Assembly (NCBI GenBank): GCA_040755455.1
Contig: JBFMAY010000032.1
Coordinates: 1-46,460 of the forward strand
Reading direction: 5' to 3'
From: Thermodesulfobacteriota bacterium
GTDB lineage: Bacteria; Desulfobacterota; Desulfobulbia; Desulfobulbales; SURF-16
Length of the DNA stretch: 46,460 nucleotides
Of the stretch, positions 28,997 to 38,994 are shown one piece after another (positions within the stretch are counted from its first letter, which is position 1; the number at the start of each line of letters is the position of its first letter). The position numbers and the translations under genes are program-made. A model generated the notes under the pieces. That model saw nothing but the letters and a program-made list of their open reading frames with translations, searched no databases and was not told the DNA's origin.

Positions 28997-30940
28997 TTAC
29001 GGCATTTCATGGCAGAGGTTGCAGCCGATCTTTGCCCCCTTCATGACCCTCACGGTGCCACCTTCTTCCAGGGTGAACCGGCGGTCAACCGCCGCCCTAG
29101 ACAACACCGTACCTCTCAGGTCTTTCCCGTGGCATGCCTTGCACCCGGCAGGGTTGTTCTCGTAAAAATTTTCGTGATTATTATACCAGCGGGCGTCATT
29201 GACATTATGCATGCCATGCGGTCCGTTGGTGGTCAACCCGAGCCCGCTGCCATGGCAGGCGACGCATTCAATGATGGTCCCGGTATGCCCCTGGATCTCC
29301 AGGGAGGCGACATTGTCGTTTGCCTCGGCAGACGGCCAGATGGCGTGGGTGCTGCCATGGCAGCTTTCGCAGGCCAGGCCGCCGTGTCCGTGGCTGTTCC
29401 GATACAGGGTGTTGTTTTCTTCGGCAAACCGCTTATTGGCAACAAGAACCGGCGTGGCAGAGGGATCAGCCCGATTGTATGCGGTTTTCCAGCGGATCTT
29501 GCCGCCGCGGTTGGTTAAGGCGTCACCGGTATGACAGGACTGACACTTCGGCTCATCGAGCCACGGTGTACGATCCTTGTAAGCACCAGCCACGGCCAGC
29601 AGACCGCCATGGCAATCCTGGCACTTTATACCGGCACTGCCCATGGCACCGCGCAGGCACTGGGTGGTGCTGCCGGGATGGCAGGAATAACAGGAGGTGG
29701 TGCCATCCTCGGGAATAATGGCGGGGTTGTTGCTGTCAGGCAGGGCGCCGTCTATAGTCCGTCCATGCAGGCCATGTATGGCAAAGGACAGCATGGGCTT
29801 GCCCACCTGACTGCCCTGGGGTCCGCTGCCGGCCAAATCCAGCGCCGGCGAGTAATGACAGGAGGCGCACAGCACCGGTTTGGAGTTCATGAGGTCGGTG
29901 CCGTGTTTGGCATCGTGGAGGATGAGGATGTTTTCCCGATAGGCCAGTTCCTTGCCCGGCTCAACGCTCCATGACAACACGCCGTTGCGGTCCGCCGCCT
30001 GGCTACTAGCGGCAACTCCACCGTTAGCATGGCAGTCACTGCAGTGCATCTCCGCCGACACCGGCAAGACGATATCGGTTGAAGCAAGTTTCTTGCCGGT
30101 TGCCTTGTTGACGGCAATAATGCGCATCATCGGGTAATCAGCCACCCGGCCCTTGTCGTCAACCGCAGTAATGGGAATACCGGGAGTAGTGAACCAGTCA
30201 TGATTCGCATTATATTCTGCAAACGGTTGCAAGGTGTTACCCGCTCCGGGCATGGAGGCGCCCAAAATGCCCTGGTCATCGGGCAGACTAATGCCGAAAA
30301 GGTCATTGACATAATCCCAGAAATTACTCTTGCCAATGCTGGTGGTATTGATGGAGCCGCGGGTGTCAGCCACCGCCTTATAGTAAACGTCCACCTGGGA
30401 ATCATCAAGAATTGACGGATCCCCGCCCTTGCGGACCACTTGCGCGTGGATAACGTTGAAAGGCGGCAGCAGGGAAAGCACCGAGAAATCCTTGTCATAA
30501 CAGTGCATGCCCAGATCATTGAAGGCGAGCACCCGATAGTTGCCGGCTGAAGGGGATCCCGCCGGATTATCCGTGCATAATGCCGGAGCTCCAGCCACCG
30601 CTCTTTCTGCCAGTAATTTGCCGATATTGGCGGTCACACTGCAGGGCACCGACTTGGTTTGCGCTATTTTGACCTTCATGCTCCAGAACGCAACTGTACG
30701 CTTTGTTGTTCTGCCGAGCACGTCGCCGTTGGCGCTGTCTTTAATGGTGACAATATCGCCGATATTGCACCCTCCTCCCAACAGCAAGAGCTGCCGGTCA
30801 TTGTCCCACTGCGCCTTGCTGATAGTGAGTGCTGCCGCATGTGACGTATGCGGCGCGGCAAGCAAGGTTATCAGCAACACACTGAAACACATTGTCACCG
30901 CCTGCCGGATATGGCATTTGACTTGAGCATAACGAGACAT
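28997..30940 (-). CDS. Exported multihaem c-type cytochrome (9 CxxCH), about 647 aa
   Basis: CSDCH, CASCH, CYSCH, CQDCH, CQSCH, CESCH, CVACH, CKACH, CNLCH; signal-peptide-like N-terminus ending SHA; ATG 30940 has an AGGAG SD. Confidence 0.9.
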   Translation of the reverse strand: MSRYAQVKCHIRQAVTMCFSVLLITLLAAPHTSHAAALTISKAQWDNDRQLLLLGGGCNIGDIVTIKDSANGDVLGRTTKRTVAFWSMKVKIAQTKSVPCSVTANIGKLLAERAVAGAPALCTDNPAGSPSAGNYRVLAFNDLGMHCYDKDFSVLSLLPPFNVIHAQVVRKGGDPSILDDSQVDVYYKAVADTRGSINTTSIGKSNFWDYVNDLFGISLPDDQGILGASMPGAGNTLQPFAEYNANHDWFTTPGIPITAVDDKGRVADYPMMRIIAVNKATGKKLASTDIVLPVSAEMHCSDCHANGGVAASSQAADRNGVLSWSVEPGKELAYRENILILHDAKHGTDLMNSKPVLCASCHYSPALDLAGSGPQGSQVGKPMLSFAIHGLHGRTIDGALPDSNNPAIIPEDGTTSCYSCHPGSTTQCLRGAMGSAGIKCQDCHGGLLAVAGAYKDRTPWLDEPKCQSCHTGDALTNRGGKIRWKTAYNRADPSATPVLVANKRFAEENNTLYRNSHGHGGLACESCHGSTHAIWPSAEANDNVASLEIQGHTGTIIECVACHGSGLGLTTNGPHGMHNVNDARWYNNHENFYENNPAGCKACHGKDLRGTVLSRAAVDRRFTLEEGGTVRVMKGAKIGCNLCHEMP

Positions 30941-31357
30941 ACACGAGTTTCTCCTGTATAATGATGATTGATGTTCCGGCAGCCCCTTCCGACAACAGCT
31001 TTCCGTTGGCGGAAATTCCACATGAGTCTTTGACGACGAATATTGCCTTACCAAGGGGAGAAGGCCCAAGAAGGCAGCCATGAACGGGATGCATGCAAAT
31101 AAATTCCTCCGTTCGCTCCATCACCACCTCAGCAACCACCGGTCAAAACAATACCCTGTGTCTGCAGTTCACAGAATATGAAATGAAAATTTATTGATAA
31201 AAATTACTATAACTATTCAGTTAAGGAAAAACAAGGGGGTTTTAAAAATGGCAGGAAATCGAAAATTTGCGAAATATTGAGCAGTTAAGAAAAAAGCGGA
31301 CAAACACAGAACACAAGTCAAGGGTGAAAATGTCGGTAATACCTGACAACGGGTCTT

Positions 31358-31550
31358 TCAGAGAGGGAAAATGGGAGATGAAATTTTGGGCTCTTTTATT
31401 TCCACCCCGTCAAAAATCTTCAGGTTCTTCTCCTTATGTTTGGTGCGGCAGAATACGGTCAACATATCACCTTCCCGAAATACTGTACTGCTGTCAGGAG
31501 TCAGTACTTCATGCAGGCGCCTGATGGCCACGATGGATGTGCTCTGGTGC
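31358..31550 (-). pseudogene. 3' fragment of a TrkA-C (RCK_C) domain gene
   Basis: IVAIRR..EVLTPDSSTVFREGDMLTVF fits the TrkA_C pattern. The 5' part is missing exactly at the boundary of repeat copy 2. Confidence 0.65.
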
Positions 31551-31909
31551 AATGATACATAAATAATATAAGGAGGACTTGGTGATGACTGATACGAGCC
31601 AGAAGAAGAGACATCAAATTCCTGTCACCAGGACGGACAGCGCCTGCGGCTATGTGGGCCACATGACTGTTGATGAGCTGAAAAGGATTACCGTGGGCAA
31701 TGATTTCGATGCCGCCTGTCCCACCTGCGGCCAGATTCATCTGACCCGCGAAGAGATAGAGGAAATCGAAAGTCAGAAGGTCACCGACAGCAAGGAGTAC
31801 AAGGAAACAACCAGGGAAGCCGAGGCATAACTGAGTTTATGTCTTGCGTGGCTGTTTCCCATGGGTGCTGTTCGATGCACCACATGCAGTAAACGGAAAA
31901 AGGGGGTAT
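31551..31909 (+). repeat. Direct repeat, copy 2 (359 bp)
   Basis: Near-identical to 28583..28941. Confidence 0.95.
31585..31830 (+). CDS. Small acidic protein with a putative metal-binding motif, copy 2
   Basis: Same as 28617..28862 except for one R-to-P change. Confidence 0.7.
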   Translation: MTDTSQKKRHQIPVTRTDSACGYVGHMTVDELKRITVGNDFDAACPTCGQIHLTREEIEEIESQKVTDSKEYKETTREAEA

Positions 31910-31935
31910 ATGCCCCTTGGTCCGTCTTGCATCCG

Positions 31936-33027
31936 TTACAGTTCCAGATAAAAAACGGCCCCCATGCCCGGCCCCGGGCTTTCGGCCCACAGCTTGCCGC
32001 CCAGGGCGTTCACCAGGATGGCCGCCAGCGGGAGACTGAGGCCAAAGCCCGCCGGCCGGCGTTTTTCAGGCTCCAGCTCAAAGGCCTTGAAGATATTTTT
32101 CAGATCCTCCGGCGCGATCCCTTTACCGGCATCGGCTACGGATATTCTTGTTTTGCCGTTATGGGGCACGGCATCAAGAACGATTTTCCCCCCGGCATTG
32201 GAAAAGCAGATGGCATTGTCGATCACCGCGCCCAGCACCCGCTCAAGATATTCCGGATCCGCCTTGACCTCCACCCCTTCACCGACACGGTCATCAACGG
32301 TGAGAGAGCGTGCTGCCAGCGCATCCTTCCTGTTGGCCAGCAGCCCGGCAAACGTTTCCTGCACAGCGATCTGCCGCATGTCGGGTTTGAGGTTGCTGCC
32401 CGCCAGACCGAAATAGGTCAGCAGGATCTCCGCCAATTTCTGGATACGATCCAGCGGGGAGTTGATTTCGTTGGTGAGATAAATAAGAAAGGACATCTTG
32501 TTGCCGTCCAGCTGTTTGACCCGCTCATGGGCCTTGACCAGCTGGGCCGTCCTCTCTTGGACCATCTTCTCAAGATTTTCACTGTAATTTTTCAGCTCAA
32601 TATTCTGCCTCTCCAGTGCCAGTTTCAACATCCTGTTTTCTATACCCTTCTCGATGACATTCAGCAGTTGCTGCTGGTTGACGGGCTTGAAGAGAAAGTT
32701 AAAGATGTGGCCCTCGTTAATGGCCCGGACGATATCGTTTTTTTCTGCCTGGCCGGACAGGACAACCTTGCACACATCCGGATGTTTCTTGTGCAGCCGG
32801 CTGAGCAGCACGCTGCCACGCATTTCCGGCATGAGCTCATCGCAGATAACGAGGTCCACCTCGTTGCTGTCAACAAAACCTTCGACTTCTTCAGGGTTTT
32901 CAAAAGTATGAACGTTATATTTGCGCTTAAGCAATATCTTCAGTTCAGTGAGAATGGGAAGTTCGTCATCCACAATCACCACGGTGTATTTCCCGTTGTC
33001 GTTTCGAGGCATTATATCAAGATTCAT
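31936..33027 (-). CDS. Hybrid receiver + histidine-kinase-like protein with a degenerate H-box
   Basis: Receiver motifs VDDE, ICDELMP, KP; HATPase motifs DNA, DAGKGI, GFGLSL; the H-box reads TNEINSPL. Confidence 0.8.
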   Translation of the reverse strand: MNLDIMPRNDNGKYTVVIVDDELPILTELKILLKRKYNVHTFENPEEVEGFVDSNEVDLVICDELMPEMRGSVLLSRLHKKHPDVCKVVLSGQAEKNDIVRAINEGHIFNFLFKPVNQQQLLNVIEKGIENRMLKLALERQNIELKNYSENLEKMVQERTAQLVKAHERVKQLDGNKMSFLIYLTNEINSPLDRIQKLAEILLTYFGLAGSNLKPDMRQIAVQETFAGLLANRKDALAARSLTVDDRVGEGVEVKADPEYLERVLGAVIDNAICFSNAGGKIVLDAVPHNGKTRISVADAGKGIAPEDLKNIFKAFELEPEKRRPAGFGLSLPLAAILVNALGGKLWAESPGPGMGAVFYLEL

Positions 33028-33137
33028 AGGGATCTCTTTCCCCTCCTTGCCGACGCGGGCTTACAGTCACCCGGTGTAGAAAATTTACCCTGTTTAAGAC
33101 AATACGCGCCGGCACGGGAAAAATCCGCACCGGCTGT

Positions 33138-35297
33138 TTACACAAAAAGGCGCACGGTAAAGCATGCCCCTTTGCCTGGTTCACTTTCAACAATAATCTC
33201 CCCTCCGTGGGTATCAATGATCCGGTGACACAGATTAAGGCCAAGGCCGGTGCCGCTGCCGATGTCCTTTGTGGTGAAAAACGGGTCGAAAATCTTGTTG
33301 ATGATGTCCTTGTCGATGCCGATGCCGTTATCTTCGAAGCGTGCTTCGATGCATTTTTTCTTTACGTTGTGCGAAGTGGAAATGATGATCCGGCCCTCTT
33401 TCTTCGACAAACCCTTTTCCTTGATGGCGTCCCGGGCATTCATGATGAGATTCATGAATACCTGACCCATTTCCTGCGCCAGCCCCTGAAAGGGCGGCAG
33501 ATGAGGAGCCAGATTCTTGACAATCTCCAGATCGTATTTGACTTGATTATGGGTGAGCACCACCGCATCGCTGACAATGGTATTCAGATCGCATGAACTG
33601 AAGACTTCCTCGCTGTGGGCCATGCGTTTGGTGCTTTTCACGATGTGGTCGATCCGCTCAACGGACTGAATGTTGCGGTTGGCGATGTCTTCAACTCCCT
33701 CCAGGACCAGATCCATGTCGAGCTCGGTCATCAGGCGCCGTATCCGTTCTCTCTCTTCAGCCAGCTGGGACGGTTCAGCGGCAAGGTATTGCTTCAGCTC
33801 CCTTAGCAATTTTTTCACATATTCCATGTTCATCTTCAAACCGTCCATGGAAAAACTGATGGCCTGGGACGGGTTGTTGATCTCATGGGCGATGCCGGCC
33901 ACCATTGTACCCAGCGAGGCAAGTTTCTCTTGCTTGATAATACGGGCCTGGCTTTCCAGCAGGGCATCCTTGGCCATGTTGCGTTCGGTGATGTCCCTGA
34001 CCATGGCGATGAAAAGGTGTTTCGGGCCGCGGAACATTTCGCTGAGCGAGATCTCAAGGGCGAAGCTTGTGCCGTCCTTTCTTTCTCCGGTCAGCTCGAT
34101 GGGGTTGCCCATGGCTTTCACCAGCTGGGGAGAGACAACCTGCTCCGCTGCTTCCCCTTTCCTTTCATCGGCTGACGCCTTCACCAGGGTGCCGATATGC
34201 CTGCCCAGCATCTCTGCCTGGGAATAACCGAACATGCGGGATGCGGCGGAATTACACGACTCAATCCGCCACTCTTCATTCAAGGTAATCAGCCCGTCGA
34301 ACATGTTTTCGATGATTGACCGCACCCGGATCTCAGCCTGCTCCCGTTCCCGAATGGATTCCGACAGACGCTTGACGCCGAGAAAGGTGCCCATCAGACC
34401 AAGAAACCAGAGGGTGCCGTGGGCCATGCAGAAGGTGAAGATATCCTGCTTGGACATGGTAAGCAGGGGCGCCATGGGAATGGAAACACTGATCCCGCCT
34501 CTGACGTCTCCCTTTCTGTAGCCCTGGGGAGAGGGATGGCATTCCAGGCAGCCTGGTTCCGCCATCATGGGCCGCATGAGACGCAGATATTTTTCTCCGT
34601 TGATTTCCTCAACGGTATGCACCTCGTCATTCCCGTCCTCAAAGGTTTTGAGGGCCGCCGTTTCCCAGGCATCCGGAGCGTTATCCGGGCGGAGCGGGTC
34701 AAGACTCGTCATATGGCCGTAAGGGCCGGTGCCCTTGATCCGCATCTCATAGACCTGGCGGATCATGTGCTCCGGGTTGACCAGCGTCAGGGGCGTGCCG
34801 GAGTCGGTGGTGGCCCGGTGGTCAGGGATGTCCCGCAAATAAGAATTTGGTTGCACCTTCTCGCTGATCGGCACAAAGACCCCCTGGTGACTGGCGGCCC
34901 AATGATAAAACATCATGTCTTCGTCAAAGACCGTGGAGGCCTCAACCAGGGCTATTTTTGATGTTCTCTGCTTGTGCAGGGTGATATTCCATGCCAGCGA
35001 GGCAAAGACAATAATCGTCCAGATTGAGGCCAACTGCCAGCCGTAACGCCCGATCCCCTCGTAGGTGATCTCTTTTTCCACCTTGATCTCGTGATGCTTG
35101 CGCAGATAGCGTTCGAGTACGATGAAGAGGGGGAGGGTGAAAAGACAGGTGGTGCCGCCGACAATGAAATGCTCCACGTCAAAATAGTGGATGTCCGGAT
35201 GGATAATCAGGTCCGTCAACGAGCTGAGATTACCCAGCAGGACGATGATCATCAGGTAAAACAGTCCTCTGTATTTTATTGGATTCATTTCCCGCAT
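33138..35297 (-). CDS. Membrane sensor histidine kinase with a c-haem (DUF3365-like) periplasmic domain and PAS
   Basis: TM segments, CLECH, RGGISV, PAS/PAC, AHEINNP, DNGIGI, FDPFFTTK, GTGLGL. Confidence 0.9.
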   Translation of the reverse strand: MREMNPIKYRGLFYLMIIVLLGNLSSLTDLIIHPDIHYFDVEHFIVGGTTCLFTLPLFIVLERYLRKHHEIKVEKEITYEGIGRYGWQLASIWTIIVFASLAWNITLHKQRTSKIALVEASTVFDEDMMFYHWAASHQGVFVPISEKVQPNSYLRDIPDHRATTDSGTPLTLVNPEHMIRQVYEMRIKGTGPYGHMTSLDPLRPDNAPDAWETAALKTFEDGNDEVHTVEEINGEKYLRLMRPMMAEPGCLECHPSPQGYRKGDVRGGISVSIPMAPLLTMSKQDIFTFCMAHGTLWFLGLMGTFLGVKRLSESIREREQAEIRVRSIIENMFDGLITLNEEWRIESCNSAASRMFGYSQAEMLGRHIGTLVKASADERKGEAAEQVVSPQLVKAMGNPIELTGERKDGTSFALEISLSEMFRGPKHLFIAMVRDITERNMAKDALLESQARIIKQEKLASLGTMVAGIAHEINNPSQAISFSMDGLKMNMEYVKKLLRELKQYLAAEPSQLAEERERIRRLMTELDMDLVLEGVEDIANRNIQSVERIDHIVKSTKRMAHSEEVFSSCDLNTIVSDAVVLTHNQVKYDLEIVKNLAPHLPPFQGLAQEMGQVFMNLIMNARDAIKEKGLSKKEGRIIISTSHNVKKKCIEARFEDNGIGIDKDIINKIFDPFFTTKDIGSGTGLGLNLCHRIIDTHGGEIIVESEPGKGACFTVRLFV

Positions 35298-35323
35298 AAG
35301 CAGACCTTGTGTCCCGGACTCCC

Positions 35324-37432
35324 CTAGTTTATCGGCTGGATGATGTCTCCATAGGCCTTGATCTTACGGCGCAGGGTGTCTTTGGAAATCGCCAGTTCGC
35401 GGCAAGTTTGCATGGTCCTGAAATTGTTACGGGTCAATGCCGCAATGATGGCATTCTTCTCGATTTCCTCCAGTGTCAGGGGCCGGCCGGTCTCGGGGTC
35501 AAACTGCGCCTCATCGGCCTCCGGTCTCCTCTGAAATTTCGCCGGCAGGTGCTGGGGAAGAATCAAACCGTTGCTGCAGAGGATGAAAGCGTACTCGATG
35601 ATGTTTTCCAACTCCTGGATATTGCCGGGATAATCATAGCGCATGAGGATTTCCAGCGCCTCTTCGGAAAGGCCCTGCACCTCCTTGCCGCGTTGCCGGT
35701 TGAACTTGCGGATGAAATGTTCGGACAACAGGGGCAGGTCCTCCATCCGGTCCCGCAGAGGCGGCACCTTGATCTTGACGATGGTGAGCTGACGATAAAA
35801 ATCCTCCCGGAATTCGTTGTCTTCAACCAGCTCTTCAAGATTCTTGTTGGTTGCGGCAATGATGCGCGCATCGGTACTGACCGGAGTGTCCGCGCCGAGC
35901 GGCACATAGGTTTCACTCTGCAGGACCAGGAGAAGCTTGGCCTGCATGGTCGTCGAGATATCTCCGATCTCGTCGAGAAAAAGCGTTCCCTTTTCAGCGG
36001 TGGCGAAATAACCCTTCTTCTCCTGTTGGTCCTCGGTGCAGCCCCCTGCCCTGCAACCGAAAAGCTCGGCCTCCAGAAGTTTGTCCGGCAGGGCTCCGCT
36101 GTTGACTGCCACAAAGGGCTGCATATTTCTGTTGCTCATCTTGTGGATGGCCCTGGCGATCAGCTCCTTGCCTGTTCCGCTTTCGCCGACAATCAGGATA
36201 TTGCTGTCGCTTCTGGCGAATTCGGGGAGGATCGCCAGGATATCCTGCATCAGGGGGCTGTTGCTGAGGATACCAGTCTGTGCCCTTTCCGCCGCCAGAT
36301 AACTGCGCAGGCTGTGAATTTCCGTGAGATCCCTGAAGGTCTCCACCGCGCCGATGATTTTATCAAACTCGTCAACAAGAACGGTGGCGCTAATGCTCAC
36401 GGAAATCTCCTGGCCATTCTTGCCATGGATGATGATATCGAACACATCAACCTTTGATTTGGTCGTCATCGCCTTGGCCAGCGGACAATTTCCCTCGCAC
36501 ACGCTGCCATCAAAGACGTCCCGGCACCTTTTGCCGAGAACCTCTTCGCTCCTATAGCCCGTGATGGTTTCCGCGGCCTTATTGAAAGAGGTTATCCTGA
36601 AGGCATGATCCACCGTGAAAACACCATCTCCCACACTATCCAGAATATACTGTCTCTGAATCGCGCCGGTGTTGTCGCGGAAACTCTCAACCCCGCCGAT
36701 AATTTTCCCGGTGGCGTCAAGCATGGGAGCAGCCCGGACACTTACCGGCAGGACACGGTGATCCGCCGTCTCGATATAAAAACATTCCTCCACGTGCGGC
36801 TTGCCGGTTTTGATTGCCTTGGCAAGGGCCATTCTGTCCACGGCAATATTGGCTCCTTCCTGGCGGACAACATCGGCAAAGAATTTACCAAGCACCTGCT
36901 CCTGCTTGAAGCCCGTTATCAGCTCGGCAGCCCGGTTGAATAGGGTGATCTTGAAATCCATGTCCACGGTCAGGACACCGTCAAAAACACTGTCCAGAAT
37001 CAGCTGCCGGTGGAAAATCTCCGTAATTTCCTGAAAAGACTGGACACCACCGACAATATCGCCGCTATTGTCCACCAGCGGCGAGGCGCTGACCAGCACC
37101 GGAACCAGCCGGTCGCCGACCTTGAGGTGGCGGGTCAATTTGAGCAGCGGCTGTCCTTTTCCCAGAACCTGGCCGACTATGCAGAATTCTTCCCGCAAGG
37201 ATGAGGCAAAAAGCTCACTGCAGGTTTTGCCGAGGGCTTCGTCCTCGCTGATACCGGTTATGCTCTGGGCGGATTTGTTAAAGGAGGTGACTTTGAGAGC
37301 AGGGTCAACGGTAAACACCCCCTCTGTAAGGTTGTCAAGTATGAGCTTACGTTGGATGGCATCGCTGAAGATCGCGGAGGACAGCCGCTGTAATGTACCG
37401 ATGACATTTGAGAGTTTGTCGTCTTGGATCAT
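35324..37432 (-). CDS. Triple-PAS NtrC/Fis-family AAA+ regulator, atypical
   Basis: Three PAS repeats (GVFTVD/GVLTVD), GESGTGKE, FLDEIG and a C-terminal Fis-type HTH; GAFTGA is replaced by GGCTED. Confidence 0.85.
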   Translation of the reverse strand: MIQDDKLSNVIGTLQRLSSAIFSDAIQRKLILDNLTEGVFTVDPALKVTSFNKSAQSITGISEDEALGKTCSELFASSLREEFCIVGQVLGKGQPLLKLTRHLKVGDRLVPVLVSASPLVDNSGDIVGGVQSFQEITEIFHRQLILDSVFDGVLTVDMDFKITLFNRAAELITGFKQEQVLGKFFADVVRQEGANIAVDRMALAKAIKTGKPHVEECFYIETADHRVLPVSVRAAPMLDATGKIIGGVESFRDNTGAIQRQYILDSVGDGVFTVDHAFRITSFNKAAETITGYRSEEVLGKRCRDVFDGSVCEGNCPLAKAMTTKSKVDVFDIIIHGKNGQEISVSISATVLVDEFDKIIGAVETFRDLTEIHSLRSYLAAERAQTGILSNSPLMQDILAILPEFARSDSNILIVGESGTGKELIARAIHKMSNRNMQPFVAVNSGALPDKLLEAELFGCRAGGCTEDQQEKKGYFATAEKGTLFLDEIGDISTTMQAKLLLVLQSETYVPLGADTPVSTDARIIAATNKNLEELVEDNEFREDFYRQLTIVKIKVPPLRDRMEDLPLLSEHFIRKFNRQRGKEVQGLSEEALEILMRYDYPGNIQELENIIEYAFILCSNGLILPQHLPAKFQRRPEADEAQFDPETGRPLTLEEIEKNAIIAALTRNNFRTMQTCRELAISKDTLRRKIKAYGDIIQPIN

Positions 37433-38173
37433 CCTGGCAGGACCCTCGCTTACACTGAAATATTGCGCTACAATATCTATTAAAAAAAAGAGCGTGATTT
37501 AATAGGATATTAAGCATTTTTTCACAAATTTTGCAAGGTGGTTGTCAGAGGTAAAATGCCGTCATAACACACAGAATAAGCATCAAGTGTCTGCCGAAAA
37601 TCATACCGGCAACCATTATTCCCATCCTTTTTGCCGCCTGATGACCGTTACAGGAACAACCGCTAAAAAAAATCGCGAAAAGCATGGTATCCATGGTGCG
37701 AAGAGAAGCGGTATGGGCTATATTGTTGTTATCGCTGGCCCAGCCGGGAGACGTCCGGAGCTGGGCATGGACAGCACTCTCTGCACCATATATCACTGGA
37801 GTACTACATGGGTAACTGAAAACAAAGGGAGACGATTTCTCCGGGCGGGATAAAAAATATCTGGGATGCAGTAAAACCTATTATAATCGGCATTGTCGGA
37901 TTATGTATTCTGGCATGTCTGGTAAGTCTCCTCTAAAATTACCCCGCATACAGTAATTCTTGGAGGAACAAAAAAGGGATTTTGACGTCCCTGCATGCAC
38001 AAGACATCAATCAGAGACTATACTGACGTTTAAAGGAAAAATAACCGAAGCGAGACAGTACCTCATTCTGCTCCGGCAGATTCGCGTCCAGACAGACCCG
38101 CGGAAACCGCCATTCATGGCTCCATGAAATTGGTCTCCGCTATGGCCGACCAACCTCATGAAACCGCTAATTC

Positions 38174-38992
38174 TTAATGCGAATGTTGGTCAAAATGAAT
38201 ATTCCTTTGATTTCCGGAAGTTGTTATGGCGAGGCAATCGTAGGTGAAGCGGTTGTGTTGGTACTCAACCTTCCCTCGTTTGGCAACCCGCCATACGCCA
38301 GCTTGAAATACGCCTTCTGCTTCGATCTTCTCCAGCAGTCCGACCGCAGCATCCAGGCTCTTTGCCAGGCCAGCGTTTTGGGTGAGCACAATGGGCTTGA
38401 TGCCTGGTGCACCGACCAAGGTTACCGGCTCCACAATCAGGTTCGACAGATCACGGGGGGGTAATGACGCCAACGTTGGTCTGGCCTGTAGTCTTATCAT
38501 CCGTGCCCGGCTGTCCGGCCCAACGGTTTCCTTGGTCGAACTTATGAGGTCGAGCAGATGATCACGGATTTCGTTCAGTTCCCTAACCGTCCTTAATTTT
38601 TCCACCCCGGGGTAAACGGCCAGAGCCTTTGCCAGCAACGAGACCTCGCGTAGATAATGATTGCGCTGATTCTCGGGCACCAGGTACATGACAATGATGG
38701 ACACGGGGATTCCATCGGGAGCGCCATAGTTGATACCCTGCGGGCTCCAACCGACAACACAGATCAGGTCTTCCTCGAAGGGCACCCTGGCATCGGGGCA
38801 GGCCCACCCCATGCCAAGCGATGTTTGGCTGGTCTGTTCCTTGGCCAGGATCAACCCGGCCACATCGGTCCCTGCCGGGAGCGAGGGGATCGCCTCAATA
38901 ATGTGGGCGAGAAACTGCAGGGCATCCATCTTGTCGCTGTCGGGCAGCTCGATCAAGCGGCCTTCCTGCAAAGCATCCAGCAAGCTATCCAT
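38174..38992 (-). CDS. PTS EIIA (fructose/nitrogen-type) domain protein
   Basis: KE...TSLGMGWACPDAR, GINYGAPDGIPV, HYLREVSLLA; lies 2 nt downstream of mgtA. Confidence 0.75.
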   Translation of the reverse strand: MDSLLDALQEGRLIELPDSDKMDALQFLAHIIEAIPSLPAGTDVAGLILAKEQTSQTSLGMGWACPDARVPFEEDLICVVGWSPQGINYGAPDGIPVSIIVMYLVPENQRNHYLREVSLLAKALAVYPGVEKLRTVRELNEIRDHLLDLISSTKETVGPDSRARMIRLQARPTLASLPPRDLSNLIVEPVTLVGAPGIKPIVLTQNAGLAKSLDAAVGLLEKIEAEGVFQAGVWRVAKRGKVEYQHNRFTYDCLAITTSGNQRNIHFDQHSH

Positions 38993-38994
38993 GT

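Noticed and set aside
30941..31081. 47-aa N-terminal extension of the cytochrome in the ORF track
   Set aside because: ATG 30940 has an SD and places the signal peptide at the N-terminus.
30941..31140. Possible c-di-GMP-I (GEMM) riboswitch upstream of the cytochrome gene
   Set aside because: A GGGGCTGCCG-like 3' end is present, but I could not find the GGCAAA...GAAA...GACGCAAA core. An Rfam scan would settle it.
37433..38173. Short ORFs in the intergenic region
   Set aside because: No convincing SD, motifs or coding-like composition.
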